Notes: generated from the sequence alone by a model not told the origin. A stretch of 64,000 nt of DNA from Camelus ferus (GCF_009834535.1 NC_045696.1:5520001-5584000); one strand, 5' to 3'; shown: positions 13,540 to 26,909, counted from the stretch's first letter. Numbers and translations: made by a program.

Positions 13540-13950
13540 GAAAGCAGTTTGGCAAGATGGCAAAAGTATTTTTAAAATGCAGCATCTCCCAGCCACTTGA
13601 AGGAGGAAGACCAGGCTGAACAGATGGTTCAGGTGCCTTCAAGTGAAAAAGGAAGACACAGAGGGAGACGGAGCAGAAACAGACATTCTGAAATTTCCTA
13701 ACTGAAAACTGCAAGATGAGCAGCAGAGAGACTGGCCACAGCTGAGGTCCACACTGTGGTTCAGGAAGGTCAAACGGAGGAAATACCTCAAACACGAAAC
13801 AAAGCACAAAGAAACAGAAGCCAGGAGGGAAAGCCAGAGTCCGGAAGCCAGGTGCAGGAGACCTGGGATGTGAACACGAGGAGTTCCAGAGAGAGCGAAA
13901 GACCGGGTAGAAGAGAACTCATAACTAAAGGGAGAGTGGACGACCTTCTG
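13540..13950 (+). mobile_element. Degenerate L1/HAL1 ORF1-like fragment
   Basis: Purine-rich GAGGAAATACCTCAAACACGAAACAAAGCACAAAGAAACAG...GAGGAGTTCCAGAGAGAG pattern typical of ancient ORF1. Confidence 0.4.
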
Positions 13951-15639
13951 GCCCAAGATGATGCTACAGCCCCGCCTCCAGCCCCTGGTCCCAGGACTGA
14001 GCAGGAAAACCAGGGGTCATCTGAGGACCGAAAACTAGGGGAGGGTCCTTGGAAGACGGAAAGTTAAGGGCTGGTTTGGGAACGCCCAGATATCCACAAA
14101 GAGGGTCATGGCTCTCAGGGCCCTTCACGCCCCAGCCTACTTCCCAGGGGGGCTGGGGGGCGGTGCCTGAGCAGGGGTTTGGAGCAGCCAGGCAGCTGGA
14201 CCCCTCTTACTCCACTGCCGTCCTGCCCTCAGTCCCAGTGGTGATCCTTCCTGGGTGGAGCGGTGAGTGTGAGCTGGGTGGGGAGCGGGCGGGCCCCCGA
14301 GGAGCAGGGAGAAGGGCAGACCCTGGCAGTCAACCTTAGCTGCCCATTAGGAGGGCTGGGGCCACTGCTAATACTCTGAGATGCCAGGGCTGCCTCCAAG
14401 ATCAACTGAATCAGAATCCCAGTGAATTTAACATGCTGCAAATGATGAGAACCACTTCTATGAAGGATAAGTTGTCAAAATTGAGAAATCACAAATTTTA
14501 AACTACACTCTGAAAAACTCAGCTGTTATGAGGAGGAATGTGTGAGAACAGAGGCTGGGAAATAAAAATACGCCGAAGAATTGTGTATCAGACCCTGAAC
14601 GTGATGAGCCTGGTGCTTTGGAGACCACGTCTTACGAAGGATGTGGATGTTTGTTTATTGAGTAAACAGTTAATTTCCCTGGACTCAAACTGCAAACTGT
14701 CTCTCCAGCAGGAACTCATTTCTCAGTTGACTTCCTTTTTCCTTAGCTGGGCTCTGTCCCATCTCTGCTTGGTTCAGGGGTCAGACAGGAAGGTGACACT
14801 CAGGCCCAGAACTGGGGACAGCCCCCTCTGACTCTCTCCTTCCCAGGGTTTCCCCTGGCTCTTCAGTGCCTGTGGCTTCACCAAACTCTGCTCTGATTCT
14901 TCAGGCCAGAACGAACAGGGATTTTTATTGGAGTTTTTGTCTTCTCCACGCTGCCAGGCTGAACCCCATGAAAATGGGTGACTTGTCCCCTTCCCTTCTC
15001 ATCCTTCAAGGGTCAACCCTAAATCACTTGCTTCTCTTCATTCTCCTGAGCCTGGAAGTGTTTTTGGTTGTTTGCGTTTGTGTCTTGGTCCAGAATCTTA
15101 CTTGTCATCGCAGGGTGCTCGGAGTGAGGGGAGCAGGAAGGACCTGGGACTCTGGGGGGCCTGGCAGTGACCTACACAAATGGACTAAAAGGCACATGGA
15201 GACGAGTCACCGGGCACATGGGCGTGCTGAGTCTGTGGGTGTTGGAGGTGAAAGAATTAGATGATCCGGTTCCCTCCCTCTGCCCCCCGCAGATGGAGGA
15301 GGGGCCTGGGGAGAAGACAGCATTCGCGGCCCTCTCTTGGGCTTGTTGAAACCCATTCTGGTGGATTGCAGGGACCAGGAGAGACATGCGCCCCTTCCGG
15401 GGCGGGAGTGCCCCATTTCAAGCCCTCAGGTGTCGCTCTTGACCCTCGTCACTGGGTGTGAAGGAGCCAAGGGCCATGAAGTATAACTCCTAGGTGGAAA
15501 ACCCTAGACAAAGACATCATTCTTCCCACATTAACCCATGAATGCAGTGCAATCACAATGGAAATTTCACGTGGGTGTTTTGAGGAAATCAAGAACCACT
15601 GAGGAAGAAAGGTCTGTAAATGCTGAGTCAGCTTTTCAA

Positions 15640-16760
15640 AAGCCAAGTGAAGGAGTGGGCTTCTCCACCTGGGTACCAAGACATACCTCAAAGTTATAGT
15701 AATAAAAAAAAAGGCAGGAAAGTAGACAGTGTGTTCAGAGGACAGAATAGAGAGGGCAGAGTAAAACCTGGGTCTACATGGAAATGTCATGTATGGTAAT
15801 GGTGGTAGCAAAAACTAGTCAGCAAGGAGTAAATTGTTCCACAGATGGTACTGAGGAAATTGTAAGTAAATCAAACAACACAGAATTGAGTCTGTACCTA
15901 AATAATGGTGTGCTCTAGATGGACTTAAGACCCCCGAGAGAGGTAAAACTATGAAGATGATAGAAAGAGACAGAAGAGAATGTCTTTATGATTAACAAGT
16001 GGGGGAGGGCTTCTTGGACAGAACTTCAGGTGCACAGAAAAGCTAGTAAGCTTGATTACATGAAAATGAAGGACTTTTGCTCCAGAAAAGATCACCACAG
16101 ACTAAGATGATGGATGACAGAGGGGGAGAAGATGTTGTGACAAAGAAAACCAACAAGCTATCAAAACGTGTGGAACAAGAAATGTCTGCAAGCAACACAA
16201 ACATTTCAACAACCGTGAGAGAAGAATGGTTAAAAGCCATTTACAGAGGAGGGACGGGGAATGGGGGCCTGCATGGGAAGGCACGCTCAAAAGCATTCGT
16301 AGTCAGAGAAATGCAGATTTATCCTATGGAAACTGACTTTACACCCATTAGCCCGGCACAAATTCAAAAGCTGGCTCATGCCAAGAACTGGCAGGGATGT
16401 AAGGATACTGGGACCGCTCTGCTGGCTCTGCTGCTGGGAGTCAAGGCTCAGGGGGTGCTTTCTGGAGCACAGTCTGGCCCAGCTTAGCGAAATTAAGCCT
16501 TATGACCCTTATGACCCAGCAACTCTGACCCCAGGTGTAGAAATTCTTACACAGTTCATGGTGGAGACGTGTTTTAAAATATTTACCGCAATAAACAGAT
16601 GACAAAAGGCTAAACACTGCATGGTCCCACTTATATGTGATGCCTGCAGTGGTCAGACTCATCACGGCAGGAAGGAGACTGATGGCTGCCGGGGGCTGGG
16701 GGGAGGGATGGGGAATGAGTGTTCAGTGGGTACAGGGTTTCACTTGGGGAGATGGATGAT
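15640..16760 (+). mobile_element. Ancient L1M ORF2/3' fragments
   Basis: TCAAAGTTATAGTAAT, TAGTCAGAGAAATGCAGATT, CCCTTATGACCCAGCAA and CACTGCATGGTCCCACTTATATG motifs. Confidence 0.6.
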
Positions 16761-17199
16761 GGTGAATAAGTGTGTGGGGTGCAGGTGTGACAGGAGGTGT
16801 GTTACTTGAACATCCAGGCTTAAGTAGAGAGTCTATGTTGGGCCACAGTGGGAGGTAAATCAGGGGACACAGGTTGGAGCCAGACTGAGAGCTTGAACTT
16901 GATCTCTGAATGCCAGGTCAGTAAGGTTTTAGAACAACACCCTAGGATAGGATGTTGGCAGAAGTGTGTAGAGGGGGCTGGAGGAAACAAGATTCCATCA
17001 AGGCAGACGGCCCCTAACATTGTGGACCAGATCAAGGGAGCCGGTGAGACACCAGAATCACAGCCTGAACCCTTCTTTTCTCCCTGATGCTCTGTCCCTT
17101 ACCGACCCCCAGATCCAAGCAGCCTTCCAGCTCCCCCTTGAGTCTGAGGTGGACACATTGGTGATGAGGTTTACCTTCAAGCAGATGGACCCAGGAAGA

Positions 17200-18480
17200 G
17201 CTCACTCTGGCCCTAGAAGCAACTTGGGACACTTGGGTTGAGGTGTGCTGAGTGGTGACACCCCAAACTTCCCAGACTTGGAAAGTGGAATTCGAATCGC
17301 TCACTAGCTACCCTGCTTTGGAGAGAGTTTCTGCTGAGCCACCACACCTGGAACCTATCTTTTGGAAAGCCTTGGGTATACAAATGGGTGGGAATATGGG
17401 CACTAAACTTACACAGAAAACAATCAAGTGATGTTGAATCCAGTCCCAGGTCAGCCCATGCTGTAAGTACATAGGGGTGGGGCAGGGGATGGGATGCAGG
17501 GAGCCGAAATGAAGCAGTACGACCCAGGTGCCACCCAGTGAGATGGGTGCTTCTCCAGGAGCCAGGATCCAACCCTTTAGTCTGTGAATTGCTGTACTCC
17601 AGGCAATTTTGATTATTCACATGAGAGTAAGCCCAGAATTGTATCTTCCCAGAGGACTCAGGAGGAGCTGCCTCGGGGTACGGACGTGTCTACAGCCATC
17701 CCTGAAGGTGCCATAGACCACGATGTTGCCCACAACAGTCTTCCATCATTTGCCAAAGCTAGCTGATGCCATAAGCCTGTCGGGGAAGCCTGTCCAGTGG
17801 TGTCACCAGAAGCTACGCCAGCATGCGGTCATTGCAGAGAATGCTGAGTCACCAACTGACTGTTATTCAAGAGAATATTCTCGAATATTATTCTACAAAA
17901 AGGACGTGCCACAATCTGACCAAGAACTCAAGCAATAAAGAGAGTGAGTCAGACAGATGTCCTTTCAGTGTGCCTCCCCAAGACCTAGTCCCCAGCCTTC
18001 TCCACCCTGTCCCCAGCCCCAGGGAGTTGGCTTTTATGGGAGCTGGGTTGAACACACACATCACCCTGGTGATCCCCAAGCCCCCCACCCCCACCCCTTG
18101 CTCTCTGGCTTCAAAATTGATTCAGCAAAGGGGATCCCTGGCAGGAGACTGGAAGGAGGAAGAACAGTACGTTCATGGCGTTTATTCCCTCAACTGCCTC
18201 CTGCAGAGTGACTTAGTCACTGCTCTCATTAAGGTAGAACGAATCCTTCTACAGAGAGGTTTTCTCCTTCCAGAACCCTTGGACCACTTCGTCTTTCTCA
18301 TTCCTTGCTGCTAGGATGGTGACAGTCAGTACAACTCCCTCCCACCCGCCCTCATCAGTGCACTCACCCTGATGGTTTCCCTATACCTGCCTGTGCACCT
18401 CTGTACCCAGTACTGTTATCAAGCCCTTCTTGGCTTTCCCTTGTGCGATTTACTTTCTGTGGGGACCTTGACTGATAAGA
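17200..18480 (-). mobile_element. ERVL internal 5' fragment plus LTR16-like LTR
   Basis: The LTR-like end GGGACCTTGACTGATA and CCCTGGCAGGAGACTGGAAGGAGG resemble LTR16; the adjacent sequence resembles degenerate ERV3/ERVL leader-gag. Family is by eye. Confidence 0.5.
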
Positions 18481-19068
18481 CCCAACTATCTATAACTCTA
18501 TGCCTGGGCCCTTAGGTGTGTTTATTTTATGACTTGCTTTTAAGAAACGCCTATATCCCCGTCGTTTTCATTGTGTATGCTGTGCTGGGGGTCTTTTCTC
18601 AGTTCTTAAGAGTTTGAACGCTGTCTTCTGCCGGACATTTACAATATTCCAAGATATGCACCAAAACACTTCAAACGCATTTTTCTTATTTAACTCAGAC
18701 AACTCCAGTAAATAAAGCACGCTGCTACCCTCATTTTATAGATGGGGGCTCTAAGGCTCTTGCCAAGATCATGATAAAGATTGTGCCTGCCTGTGGGAAG
18801 TTACCAAGACTCTTCAAGACTTTTATTGCTTTGGCATTATCATTTGGGGGGGAAATTTGTTGACAATAAGTTTCTTCTCAAAATGGTTCCAGGAGCTTGT
18901 TGCACTAGTTTAAATTTCACTCTCAACAATGTCAATTCTTCAACAGCTACTTGCAGCTTTCAGGTTATCAGAGTATTGCAGATAAGTCTGCATTCACCCA
19001 AAGTGTTCAGATTGTTTGCCTCAGTTGATGTAATGAACTGAATAGTGATGTGATGAACTGAATAGTGA

Positions 19069-19490
19069 TGTGATGGACTAAATGGACCAAATCCCCAAAA
19101 TTCATGTCCACCACAGCCTCAGAATGTTGTTTTATATGGAAATTGAGTCTTTGCAGATACAATTAAGTTGAAGATCTTAAGATGAGATCATTCTAGATTT
19201 AGAGTGGACCCTAAATCCAGTGTGTCCTTATTAGAGGAGAGGACACACAGAGATGTAGAGGGAAAGGCCACGTGAATAGGGACACAGAGATTGGGATGAC
19301 GCAGCCACAAACCAGCGAATTCCTGGAGTCACCGGAAGCAAAAAAGGATCTTTCCTGGAGCCTTCAGAGGGAGCACAGCCCTGCTGGCGCCTAGATTTTG
19401 GACTTCTTTTCCCCAGGTCTGTGAGACAATAGATTCCTGCTGTTTTAAATCACCAAGCTGATGGTAATTTGTTACTTAGGAAACTAATGT
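19069..19490 (+). mobile_element. MLT1-type MaLR solo LTR
   Basis: TGTGATGGACTAAAT..CCCCAAAATTCATGTCCA..GTCTTTGCAGATACAATTAAGTT..TGGTAATTTGTTAC..GGAAACTAAT. Confidence 0.8.
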
Positions 19491-21708
19491 ATTTAAATTA
19501 AACATGGAGAACTGAACCTTATTTGAACCATCGTGGAAATACTTCCTAAGCAAATAATCTGAAAGAATCATATAAAACAACACCAAACTGGAAAACTTTG
19601 ATAATTATGGTTTGTTAAGCTGTCATTCCATGTCTGACAAGAGACAGTCTGACCGAGTCACTAACAGGCCCAATGGCTCTGGATCTGACTTAACTGGTGT
19701 CCCTTGAGTTTCCCCAGAGCTTACAGGGGAAAAGGAAGGCATTTTAGATGCTACTCCCTCTGCACCCATTCTTTGGGGTTTTCACCCAAATAATTGTCTC
19801 AGCGGAACACACAGATCAAGCAGAGCTTCCCCAAAGGCCCACATCCCACGACGTTCAATAAATCAGGCAGAGCAAGCTGTCATTCCTGAAGGAGACACCT
19901 GCAGAGGCGTTCCCCTGTCATGAGGGGATAACCACAGAGCCAGAAGCCCTCCTGGGAGCAGCAGGGCGGAGGTGTTTTGGTTAGGTTTCCAGCAACTTCC
20001 TCGGGGCTGTAAAGTGAGGACGGCAGCTATTGCTCTGCAAGACACAGCTGCTTCTCCTCCCACCACTCACTCACAAGGTCAACCTCATGCAAAGGTCCTC
20101 CCTGGCGAAAGACTACCGACCCAGCAGCCATAAAAGAGGCTGGGAGTTCAACTCCATAGTCCTTCCCAGTTTTTACGTGAGGGAAAAAAAACACAGCATA
20201 GCTGAAGTCAGAAGACAAATGACAAATGATTAAACTAGTCTCAATAAACATGGTCTGTGAGCACAAGAAACCATTTCTTCATTGTACAAAGAGCTCTTAC
20301 AAATCAGTAAGGAGCCACCCAATAGGGAGGAGAAAAAAAAAACCAGGATTTGAATAGGTAGTTCACATGAAAGCACAGAAAAACAGTCCCAGACTGGCCA
20401 TGATTACAGAAACTAAGACAAAAATAGTGAAAATGATTTACCCTCGATGTTGGCAAAAGTTTGAAGTTTCAGTTTGGGAAGCAAGCATTCCCATACAGCG
20501 TGGGCTGGAGCGTCAGTACAATATCTGGGGAGGAATTTGGCAACATGTATTTAAAATGTACAAACTCACGCAGTTTAAATTATTGAAATGCTGCTTAAGA
20601 GTTTAGCCTATGGATATTTGCATAAATATACAATAATGACTGCACAGAAGTGTTTGTGGAAGCATTATTCACTACAGCAAATGAGTAGAAACTGTCCCCA
20701 AAGTCTACAGGGTAAGCCTGGGGAGGTCAGTACAGTAATACTACGTGGTTTTTTAAAAGACAGAGAAAAATCTGTATGTGCTGATTTGGAAAGATTGCCT
20801 GGATACTTCAATTAGGAAAAAAAGTCAGAACAGAATGTATAATCCCACCCTATACTACATGTGGTCTTCTTGCCACTCTACAACTTGGTTTTTCACTTAC
20901 AAAAACTTTATATTTGAATTCCAAAAAAAATATACAAAAACTGTTACTAGTATTTATTAATTATGAATACATTACTAATATTAACCATTATTAAAAACTA
21001 TTATTACTTCTAAAGACCAGGAAAAGGATCAGCAAGAGAAAGTGAATTTTGACTTTCCCTTCTGTTGGAATTTTTTTTTATCATGAACGTGTATTATATT
21101 CATAATTTTTTTAAATGATGCAGATGTTGGGGGATGGGAATGGCGGCGGGCTCGCTGTGTAGGTCAAGGGCACTTGGTGCAGACGCATGCATTTTGATGC
21201 TCAACATGGTTCATACCCACACTTTGGAGCCTTTACCCCTTCGAGAATGTTCTTGACCTTCTTTGGGTCGTCATTACACACACATACGGAGTTGGGTGGA
21301 GTGTGGTAGGATCTGCCCAGGCCCTGCGGCTTCTATTGCTGCATTACTGAGAGAGGCACAGACAGAAACAGCAGGAGGGGAAGAGAGGCCCAGGGGAAGA
21401 GACAGGTGGACACGGAGAGAACTGCTACCAGCCCTCTCTTCTAAGCCAGTGCGGAGGGCTCGGTTCTTTCCCAGGGGCCTCTGGAAGCACTAGGAGCGTA
21501 ACAACCCTTAGCAAGCTGCCTTCTTCTCCCAGATGTGTTGTTCAGGGAGGCTCCACCAACTTTCGTGGCCCACCGGGGCGGGGGCGGGAGCACCCTTGTG
21601 TCTACAGCCCTGAATCCCACAGCTCCCTGCCCATCCCATGCCCGCCCCACAGAGAAAGTAGTAGACTTTCACGGAAAAGGACAGCTTAAAAAAAGAAAGA
21701 AAGAAAAA

Positions 21709-21828
21709 GAAAAGCACAGACTGTATAAAATAACAAGAATAATGATGACTAACTTGGGGCTGTAAATAAAGGGAAGGAGAAACACGGGGTGGCATGGCCC
21801 TACGACGCGGGAGGACGGGGCTGGGCTC
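21709..21828 (+). repeat. 120-bp direct repeat, copy 1
   Basis: GAAAAGCACAGACTGTATAAAATAACAAGAATAATGATGACTAA...GGGGCTGGGCTC, repeated at 23374-23493. Confidence 0.92.
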
Positions 21829-22424
21829 CGCGCTGTGAGGTCTGCATCGCACAGCAGGTGAGAGGGTGGATTACCCTCGGGCTCCCGTCACGAGTGCCTC
21901 GTCCAGTTTTAAGGACAGCCACCCAAAGAATAGAAAAAGAAACCATCACTTCCAAACTCATGCAGAGAAAGCTTGATTTATCTAGTAACTATTTCGATAT
22001 CAAATATTCAAAATCATATTGATCCTCTTCTCAAAGGAGGATTTTTGCCTTTTGATGATTGGATATGAATTTTAATGGAACTCCCATGCCGAGAGAGAGG
22101 ACACTTACCTTTATTGAGCACCTGCTGTATGCCAGCTGTTTGGCTTGCATTGTCTGCGTTCATCTTCACAGGAAGCATACAAGGGAATGAGCATTACCCC
22201 CCATTTACAGATCCAGAAAGCAAGGCTCCCTCAGAGAGTTTTCCTCGTGACCTGCTCACGATCACACAGCTTTTGTGAGGCAGGATGTAACTTTAAATAT
22301 GAAACTCTGACTCAGAAGCCAGGATATGTTCAGTTCCCCAGGGTTTCCAAACTGCTGAGGGGTGGAGAGCTTTATAAAGGCGTTTTTGCCCCGTGTGCCC
22401 CCCACCCCCCACGTTGTGCACATC

Positions 22425-22965
22425 CCAGAAAAAGAGTCTTGTTCTTCCGTGCACTCTGTCATTCCAATATGCATAGAGGCTGTCGTGAAACAGAAGGTAC
22501 AAAAATCATTTAACATTATTTAAAATTTATGAGGCCCTTTCAACAGTGTTTACCTTCTCAGGCAACAGATGTCATCAGGTGGAGGGAACAAGGATATATG
22601 TCTTATATAATGAAAAAAAAAAAAAAAAGCAAGCAGTCCTCTTACCCAATATGTGGGAATCCTTGAACTTGGCTTTCCACCCAAGACCCTCGAAGACCTC
22701 AGTGCCCTGCACCCTAAGGGGCGCCTTCCACCCCCGCATTGACCCCACTCTCAGGGCTGTGGAGACCTCACTGCCTTCCTGCCAGAAAAACACATACTCC
22801 TTTGGGTTTTAACTCTACACACCATGGTTAATCTTCATATGACGTTAGTTAGTAATAAAAGATTTCAATAAAATTTTACCTATTTTTTTTTAACACTTTC
22901 TGCTCTGGATCTCAGCCCATCCTACACTCATTCATTCATTTGCTCGTTCATTCATTCATTCACCT
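22425..22965 (-). repeat. Copy B of inverted local duplication
   Basis: Shared blocks such as GGAAAGCCAAGTTCAAGGATTCCCACATA and AAACACTGTTGAAAGGGCCTCATAAAT. The ORF track gives near-identical shadow peptides (MWESLNLAFH...) at 2706-2972(-) and within 22546-22812(+). Confidence 0.9.
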
Positions 22966-23373
22966 AATTTGATGCTACGGGACAGTTAGAAGCCCCCTCA
23001 CTGTATTAGGAAGCACTTTTGCTAATTTGAGCTGAGGACATTGGAGGCACCATGAGTTATGCTGGGCACTTGGGGTATATTTTAATATAATCTTCCTGTC
23101 ACCCCAGTGGGTTAGGTGCTAGTATTCTTCGTGGCTTTCCTAATGAACCAAGGCTACTCCAGGCCATGCAACCAAAAAGCAGAAGAGCCAGGAGGCCTGT
23201 CCTTTCTCCCCCAGAGCCCTAGACTTATCGCCTCACACAAGAGTGGCAGATCTTGTTCTTATGACCTTATGACTTGAGGAACCAACACCCAAGCCATCTA
23301 CTGGAAGACACAGTCAGACTTCCAACAGTTTTCATTCTTAAGTTTAAGACTCACAGAATACTCTACTGTCAGT

Positions 23374-23493
23374 GAAAAGCACAGACTGTATAAAATAACA
23401 AGAATAATGATGACTAATTTGGGGCTCTAAATAAAGGGAAGGTGAAACACAGGATGACATGGCTCTAAGATACGGGAGGATGGGGCTGGGCTC
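23374..23493 (+). repeat. 120-bp direct repeat, copy 2
   Basis: Same length as copy 1; the first 44 nt are identical and the remainder differs by scattered substitutions. Confidence 0.92.
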
Positions 23494-24034
23494 TTAGCCA
23501 TAATTCAAGCTTCCAGAGGTTGGAGATGGGCCTGGACCATAGTCTATGATTCCCTGTCCTTGGAATTCCCCTTAGTGTCCCCTTTTCCCTGTTCTAGACC
23601 CCAGGCTGGCAGCTGCCCAAGGAATACCACTCACTAAGACGTGCATTTCTAATTCTCCTCTGTTGGAAAAAAAATTTCTTCCCATTTCCAGGGCAAGATG
23701 CTGAGTATGAAGCAGAATGGTTTTCCCATCCCATAGTGAATCCTATGGTGAGCTGTCAAGTCCAGAAATTGAAGCTACCATCTTGAATATCTTCAAACCC
23801 AAGCCGAGAGTTAGGCTAACTTTTACTATACCATTCCATCAACACATTCTATACTGCATAATAGTTTCCAAGATACACACACGTGATCTGATTAACTTAG
23901 CCATAATTGCTCCATTAACGTATACTGATGTTATAGAGCAGTGCTGAACCCTGTCACAGAGCTAAGCACATCATGTGGATTATGTCATTTAAATGCTCAC
24001 AACATTCTGAAGGGTGACATTATTTTTATTTCCC

Positions 24035-24926
24035 CTTTAAAAGAATCCAAAATATATAAAAAGCTCATACAACTCAATAACAGCAAAAAAAAAAAACATT
24101 AAAAAGTAGGCAGAGGATTTGAATAGACATTTTTCCAAAGAAGACATACAGATGGCCAACAGGCACATGAAAAGATGCTCAACATCATTCATCATCAAGG
24201 AGATGTTAATCAAAACCACAATGAGATATCACCTGTCAGAACAGCTATTATCAAAAAGACAACAAATAACAAGTGTTGGTGAGGATGCAGAAGAAAGGAA
24301 AGTTTTGTGCACTGATGGTAAGAATGTAAGTTGGAGTATGGAGACTCCTCAAAAAATTAAAAATAGAGCTACCACACAATCCAGCTATTCCACTTCTGAG
24401 TGTTTATCCAAAGAAAATGAAAACACTAATTTGAAAAGATATACACACCGTCTATGTTCATTGCAGTATCATTTACAATAGCCAAGATATGGAAACAATC
24501 TGATGGTCCATTAATGAATGAGTGGATAAAGAATTTGTGGTTCCATACACACAATGGAAAACTACTCAGCCATGAAAAAGAATGAAATCTTGCTGTTTGT
24601 GACGGCATACAGGAACCTTGAGGATATTACGTGAAGTGAAATAAGTCAGGCAGAGGACAAATACCATATGATTTCACTCATATGTGGAATCTAAAACAAA
24701 ACAAATGAACAAGAAAAACAAAAACAAGCTCATAGATACAGAGAATGGATTGGTGGTTACCAGAGGGAAAGGAGGTTGAGGTGGGCAAAATGGGTGAAGG
24801 GGGTAAATTGTGTGGGAATGGGTGGTAACTAGACTTGTTGGTGACCACTCTGTCACATTATGATGTTGTACGCCTGAAACGTATAATATTATATACCAAG
24901 TTTGCCTCAATTAAAAAAAAAAAAAA
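24035..24926 (+). mobile_element. 5'-truncated L1 (ORF2 end, 3'UTR and polyA)
   Basis: ORF 24119-24481 [23 protein letters not shown] is the ORF2 C-terminus; A-tail at 24913-24926. Confidence 0.88.
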
Positions 24927-26909
24927 GACTCACCTAAAAAGAGATTAAGTAATTCACCCAAAATCTTACACCTGAAAAATAAAAAAAAAACATCTAAAAT
25001 AAAAAAAAAAAACAAGATCAAACCACAAAGCCTAGGATTTACCACTGTAACTTCTGACCATTGTCATAGATCAGAATGAACTGGAATTCAGACACATTTT
25101 TACTGTCACTCCTCTTTCTTTAAAATTCCAAATTAAACCCCTTTTCAGACTCGGTACTTTCCATCCCAAATATTGTATTAACTTGGGATCTTTTCTCTTG
25201 AATTTATAACACGCTGAGCGTCCGTTTGTTGACAATAAACTCCCTAAATAATGTGACTCCAGGAGACAACGTTGGAAATCATACACAACGAAAAAGGTGC
25301 TACTTTTAATCCTGCTTCAATTTCTGAATGGGGAACTGATGGCAAAACCAATGAAGATAGCACCTCGTGGAGGTAGAATATTCTAAACTGGGGGTTATTT
25401 CAAAACAAACTCTGTAGGAAAGACGGCTTTTACAGTCCCTTCTAGATTTGCAAGATAGCTTTGGCCACCATGCACTTTGTACATAAAATAAAAACTAGTT
25501 AAAGAACACATCCAGACTCTGTGGACCACGAACATCAAATCTCTTATGTCAAATGAAGCCAAGACACCTTTTAGGAGAAGAGCTCGAATCACGTGGCAAC
25601 ATTCATCAGATCTGCTAGCATTTTTCATTCATCTTTTCCTAAAATAATTAATGTGCAATGATTAAGACTCACATTTTTCCTCATGGGTCCTCAGGTTGTA
25701 GGTTTATCATGGCCACTGTTATAGCCCACAGCTTTCTTGGGTTCACTGTACACAGAAAAGGCTTTGTTGTAGGAGTCAGCCTCCCAGCCCGACCGCCTTG
25801 AGCTCCGAGGGCCATTTCACTGTGGCAATGCTGTTGCCATAGTTACCAGGTCCTCCTAGCCTGCTTCCCAGATTACAGATACTGCTTAAAAACAAACTGG
25901 CATCTTGGTTTCTATTCACACATTTTCTACTGTGGCATTCTTGGATTAAAACCATCGTGACCCTCTGATATCAAAGAATAATCCGTCTCAGATCTGGCAT
26001 TGGAGAGCACTGTGAATGAGATGTGGTCTTACCAACAGCCATGCACGCAGCTTGGTTTGATGAATGGGATTTATGTTTTTATGTAAATGTCTTTACTTTA
26101 TGACTATTTCACATCCTGGTGGGGCCTCTTACTGAGGTTCCTATGATGAATTATTTCAATAAAGAAAAAAAAAACACTCCTCTTCAAACATGTATTACTG
26201 ACACAATAAAGTAAAAATATCAGCGACCAACTAAAACCCATAGTTGATGTTTTGTAGGCATAAATTCTTTCCGGATGATCAGAATTACTCAAGGTGAAGC
26301 ACAGGTGGATCATTCTGGGCCCTGAAGGAAAGCAAAGATCTCTGGGGGGCCATCTGTGTCACTGTAGTAGCTCCAGCTCCAGGAGGGGTCTCTCAGAGAA
26401 CCTTTTGGAAGCCGGCCCCACACATCAACCATGTGAGGGTCACACAAGCTGAGATGTGACCAGCTCTGGGTGGGCATCAGAATCCCGGCTGGCATTATGA
26501 AGTTTCAACCCAATCTACACAAGTATAAAACAACACGAGGGGCATTATTACTGACCTCGGAATTTTACAAAACCTACAAGGACTGAGCACCGCTGAACCC
26601 ATTCCAAGGGGGAAAACTATGTGCTTTTTTTTTCTTTTTGCACAATTAAGACACAGATAAGTGGATATCAAGGCACTGTGCTCAATGAGAGTTCAGGGCA
26701 CCAGCTTTGAAGATAGGCAGATCTGGGGTCAAATCCCAGCCCCTTGCTAGCAGTCAGAACTGAGGTGAACCATGTAATGTTTCTGAGTGTCAGCTGGAAT
26801 AGGAATGATGATACCAATTGTATGACTTTATGAGACACGGAAGGTAAAACAGTGACACGAGACTCAAGACACCATATTGTAAGCATTCGGTATGTGGCGA
26901 CAATGATAA

